Origin: Candidatus Hydrogenedentota bacterium
GTDB taxonomy: Bacteria > Hydrogenedentota > Hydrogenedentia > Hydrogenedentales > SLHB01
Assembly (NCBI GenBank): GCA_029974275.1
Contig: JARKSN010000019.1
Location: 1 to 49,365, forward strand
DNA: 49,365 nt
Direction: 5' to 3'
Within the stretch, counting starts at the first letter, position 1, and each line of letters opens with the position of its first letter. The notes below the pieces were generated by a model. The model was given only the letters and a program-made list of their open reading frames with translations. It had not been told where the DNA came from and did no database searches. The position numbers and the translations under genes are program-made. Shown here one piece after another: positions 47,651-49,365 of this stretch.

Positions 47651-49365
47651 ATGCGAGTTCATTCTCTTACCCGGTTGGCGTGCGTCTTGTTGGCGTTGAC
47701 GTTGGGCATGACCATAGCCGTCAACGCCTTCGCGGCGAACCGCATCCTGCTGGTGGGCGACAGTTGGGCCCGAGGGATTTGGGAAAGCAACGTCATGCAG
47801 AGCGTGACGGGTCAGGGCGTTTTGGGCGCCGACACCGCCATTGGAGGCAGCACTGCCGCCGCCTTTGCCGCGAACACGCCATGGAATACGCCCATGGGCG
47901 GCCAAGGCGTGTTGGATAAGATAGGCATTGTTCTTGCCGCCAATCCGACCGTGGACATCGTATACATCAGTCTGAGCGGCAACGATATGTGGGGCCAAGG
48001 CAACGGCGGCTGGACCAATGGCATGGACCCGGCGGCCTGGGCGCAGAGCAAGGCCACGATCAAAGCCAACATGCAGACCGTCGTCAATTACTGTCTGGCA
48101 CAGCGGCCGAACGTCCGCGTGGTCATTCAAGGATATGACTACATCAACTTGGCCGACACCATTTGGCAGGACACCATGGACCTCCTGCTGTGGCAATATC
48201 TGGGATCGCCCACGCCGCGTCAGTTGAACGACGCCTTTATCGAAGTGGGAATGGAAATGCGCGCGATTGCGGCGGCCAACCCGGCGCGCGTGGCGTACGT
48301 GGCCAACTTCGGCCTCATGCAGAATTGGAAAAACAGCCCGGCCGGCGCGCCGAAGCCCGGCACCATCGCCAGCGGCTACAATCCCTATCCGGGCGGCAAC
48401 CCCGATTACCCGACGCCCATGGGCGCCTTGGGCGGCACCAGCAGCAACCGTGACGCGATCCACCTGAGTACGGCGGGCTACACGGTCCTGGTGCAGAACA
48501 TCTACGCGCAGGTCATTCAGAACTGGCTTGCCAATCCTTACAATCCCGATACGACCCCGCCCACCATCACGATTCTGGGCAGCAACCCGGCGACCGTCGA
48601 AGCCAAGACCTCGTACACCGATGCCGGCGCGACGGCGTCCGACAACGTGGACGGCAACATCACCAGTCGCATCAGCGTCAACAATGGCGTCAACGTGAAC
48701 GTGAAAGGAACCTACTCCGTTGTATATAGCGTGAGCGATACCGCGGGCAATTCGGCGCAAGCCAGCCGGACGGTGTACGTCGTCGACACCACCAAGCCGG
48801 TGATTACGCGGTTGGGTTCGAGCCCGGTCACCGTTCTGCTTGGCGCGACGTATACGGACGCAGGCGCGACCGCTTCGGACAACTACGACGGCAACATTAC
48901 GGCGCAGATCGTGGCGACGGGCACGGTGAACACCGCCGCCATCGGCACATACACAATTACGTACAACGTCAGCGATGCATCTGGGAACGCGGCGGTTCCG
49001 GTGACGCGCACGGTGAACGTGGTGGAAGCTCCGGACACGACGCCGCCGGTGATTACGCTGCTGGGAACGAGTCCGGTGACGGTGTTGCAGAACGCCGTGT
49101 ACGTGGACGCGGGTGCGACGGCGCAGGATAACAAAGACGGCAACATTACGGCGCAGATCGTGGCGACGGGCACGGTGAACACCGCCGTCATCGGCGCATA
49201 CACGATTACGTACAACGTTAGCGACGCGGCGGGCAATGCGGCGGTTCCGGTGACGCGCACGGTGAACGTGGTGGAAGCTCCGGACACGACGCCGCCGGTG
49301 ATTACGCTGCTGGGAACGAGTCCGGTGACGGTGTTGCAGAACGCGACGTATACGGACGCGGGGGC
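47651..49365 (+). CDS. Secreted SGNH/GDSL hydrolase with tandem DUF5011-like Ig repeats; 3' partial and absent from the ORF track
   Basis: Hand translation: MRVHSLTRLACVLLAL.. signal, LLVGDSW, IGGS, SGND, DAIH, then DTTPPVITLLG..YTDAGATA.DN.DG repeats; frame open to the window end. Confidence 0.9.
   Translation, partial: MRVHSLTRLACVLLALTLGMTIAVNAFAANRILLVGDSWARGIWESNVMQSVTGQGVLGADTAIGGSTAAAFAANTPWNTPMGGQGVLDKIGIVLAANPTVDIVYISLSGNDMWGQGNGGWTNGMDPAAWAQSKATIKANMQTVVNYCLAQRPNVRVVIQGYDYINLADTIWQDTMDLLLWQYLGSPTPRQLNDAFIEVGMEMRAIAAANPARVAYVANFGLMQNWKNSPAGAPKPGTIASGYNPYPGGNPDYPTPMGALGGTSSNRDAIHLSTAGYTVLVQNIYAQVIQNWLANPYNPDTTPPTITILGSNPATVEAKTSYTDAGATASDNVDGNITSRISVNNGVNVNVKGTYSVVYSVSDTAGNSAQASRTVYVVDTTKPVITRLGSSPVTVLLGATYTDAGATASDNYDGNITAQIVATGTVNTAAIGTYTITYNVSDASGNAAVPVTRTVNVVEAPDTTPPVITLLGTSPVTVLQNAVYVDAGATAQDNKDGNITAQIVATGTVNTAVIGAYTITYNVSDAAGNAAVPVTRTVNVVEAPDTTPPVITLLGTSPVTVLQNATYTDAG
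48548..49365 (+). repeat. Intragenic tandem repeat of Ig-like domains; later units have a 249-nt period
   Basis: Units start near 48548, 48785, 49034 and 49283; 48887 onward is near-identical to 49136 onward. Confidence 0.9.

Noticed and set aside
48548..49365. CRISPR array or mobile-element repeat
   Set aside because: Repeats are in-frame protein domains with no spacers

Overview
GC-rich bacterial chromosomal window with about 33 protein genes and no recognisable rRNA, tRNA, CRISPR array, transposase or integrase. The protein architectures (CFI-box C-terminus, dockerin-tailed secreted enzyme, IPT/InlB/DUF5011 repeats) suggest a Hydrogenedentota-like organism; this is inference only. Contents: glycosyltransferases, sugar-metabolism enzymes (fucose-isomerase-like, PPi- and ATP-PFK, GH172, AGE epimerase, DeoC-like), a flagellar-type sigma54 two-component operon, ychF, mltG/ruvX, a Ser/Thr kinase-FGE fusion, a PilZ/receiver pair and several large secreted proteins. 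Best leads: (1) a 1706-aa surface protein with a perfect sigma70 promoter and a cohesin-like domain inserted in an IPT domain, plus a dockerin-tailed lysyl-endopeptidase-like protease, i.e. a candidate non-cellulosomal cohesin-dockerin surface system; (2) a membrane-anchored TPR protein with four FliM-N-like (CheY-binding) peptides; (3) a DeoC homologue lacking the Schiff-base lysine; (4) a pseudoknot-like RNA element after ychF. All family calls come from motif recognition by eye, not database searches, and several start codons were re-chosen relative to the ORF track.
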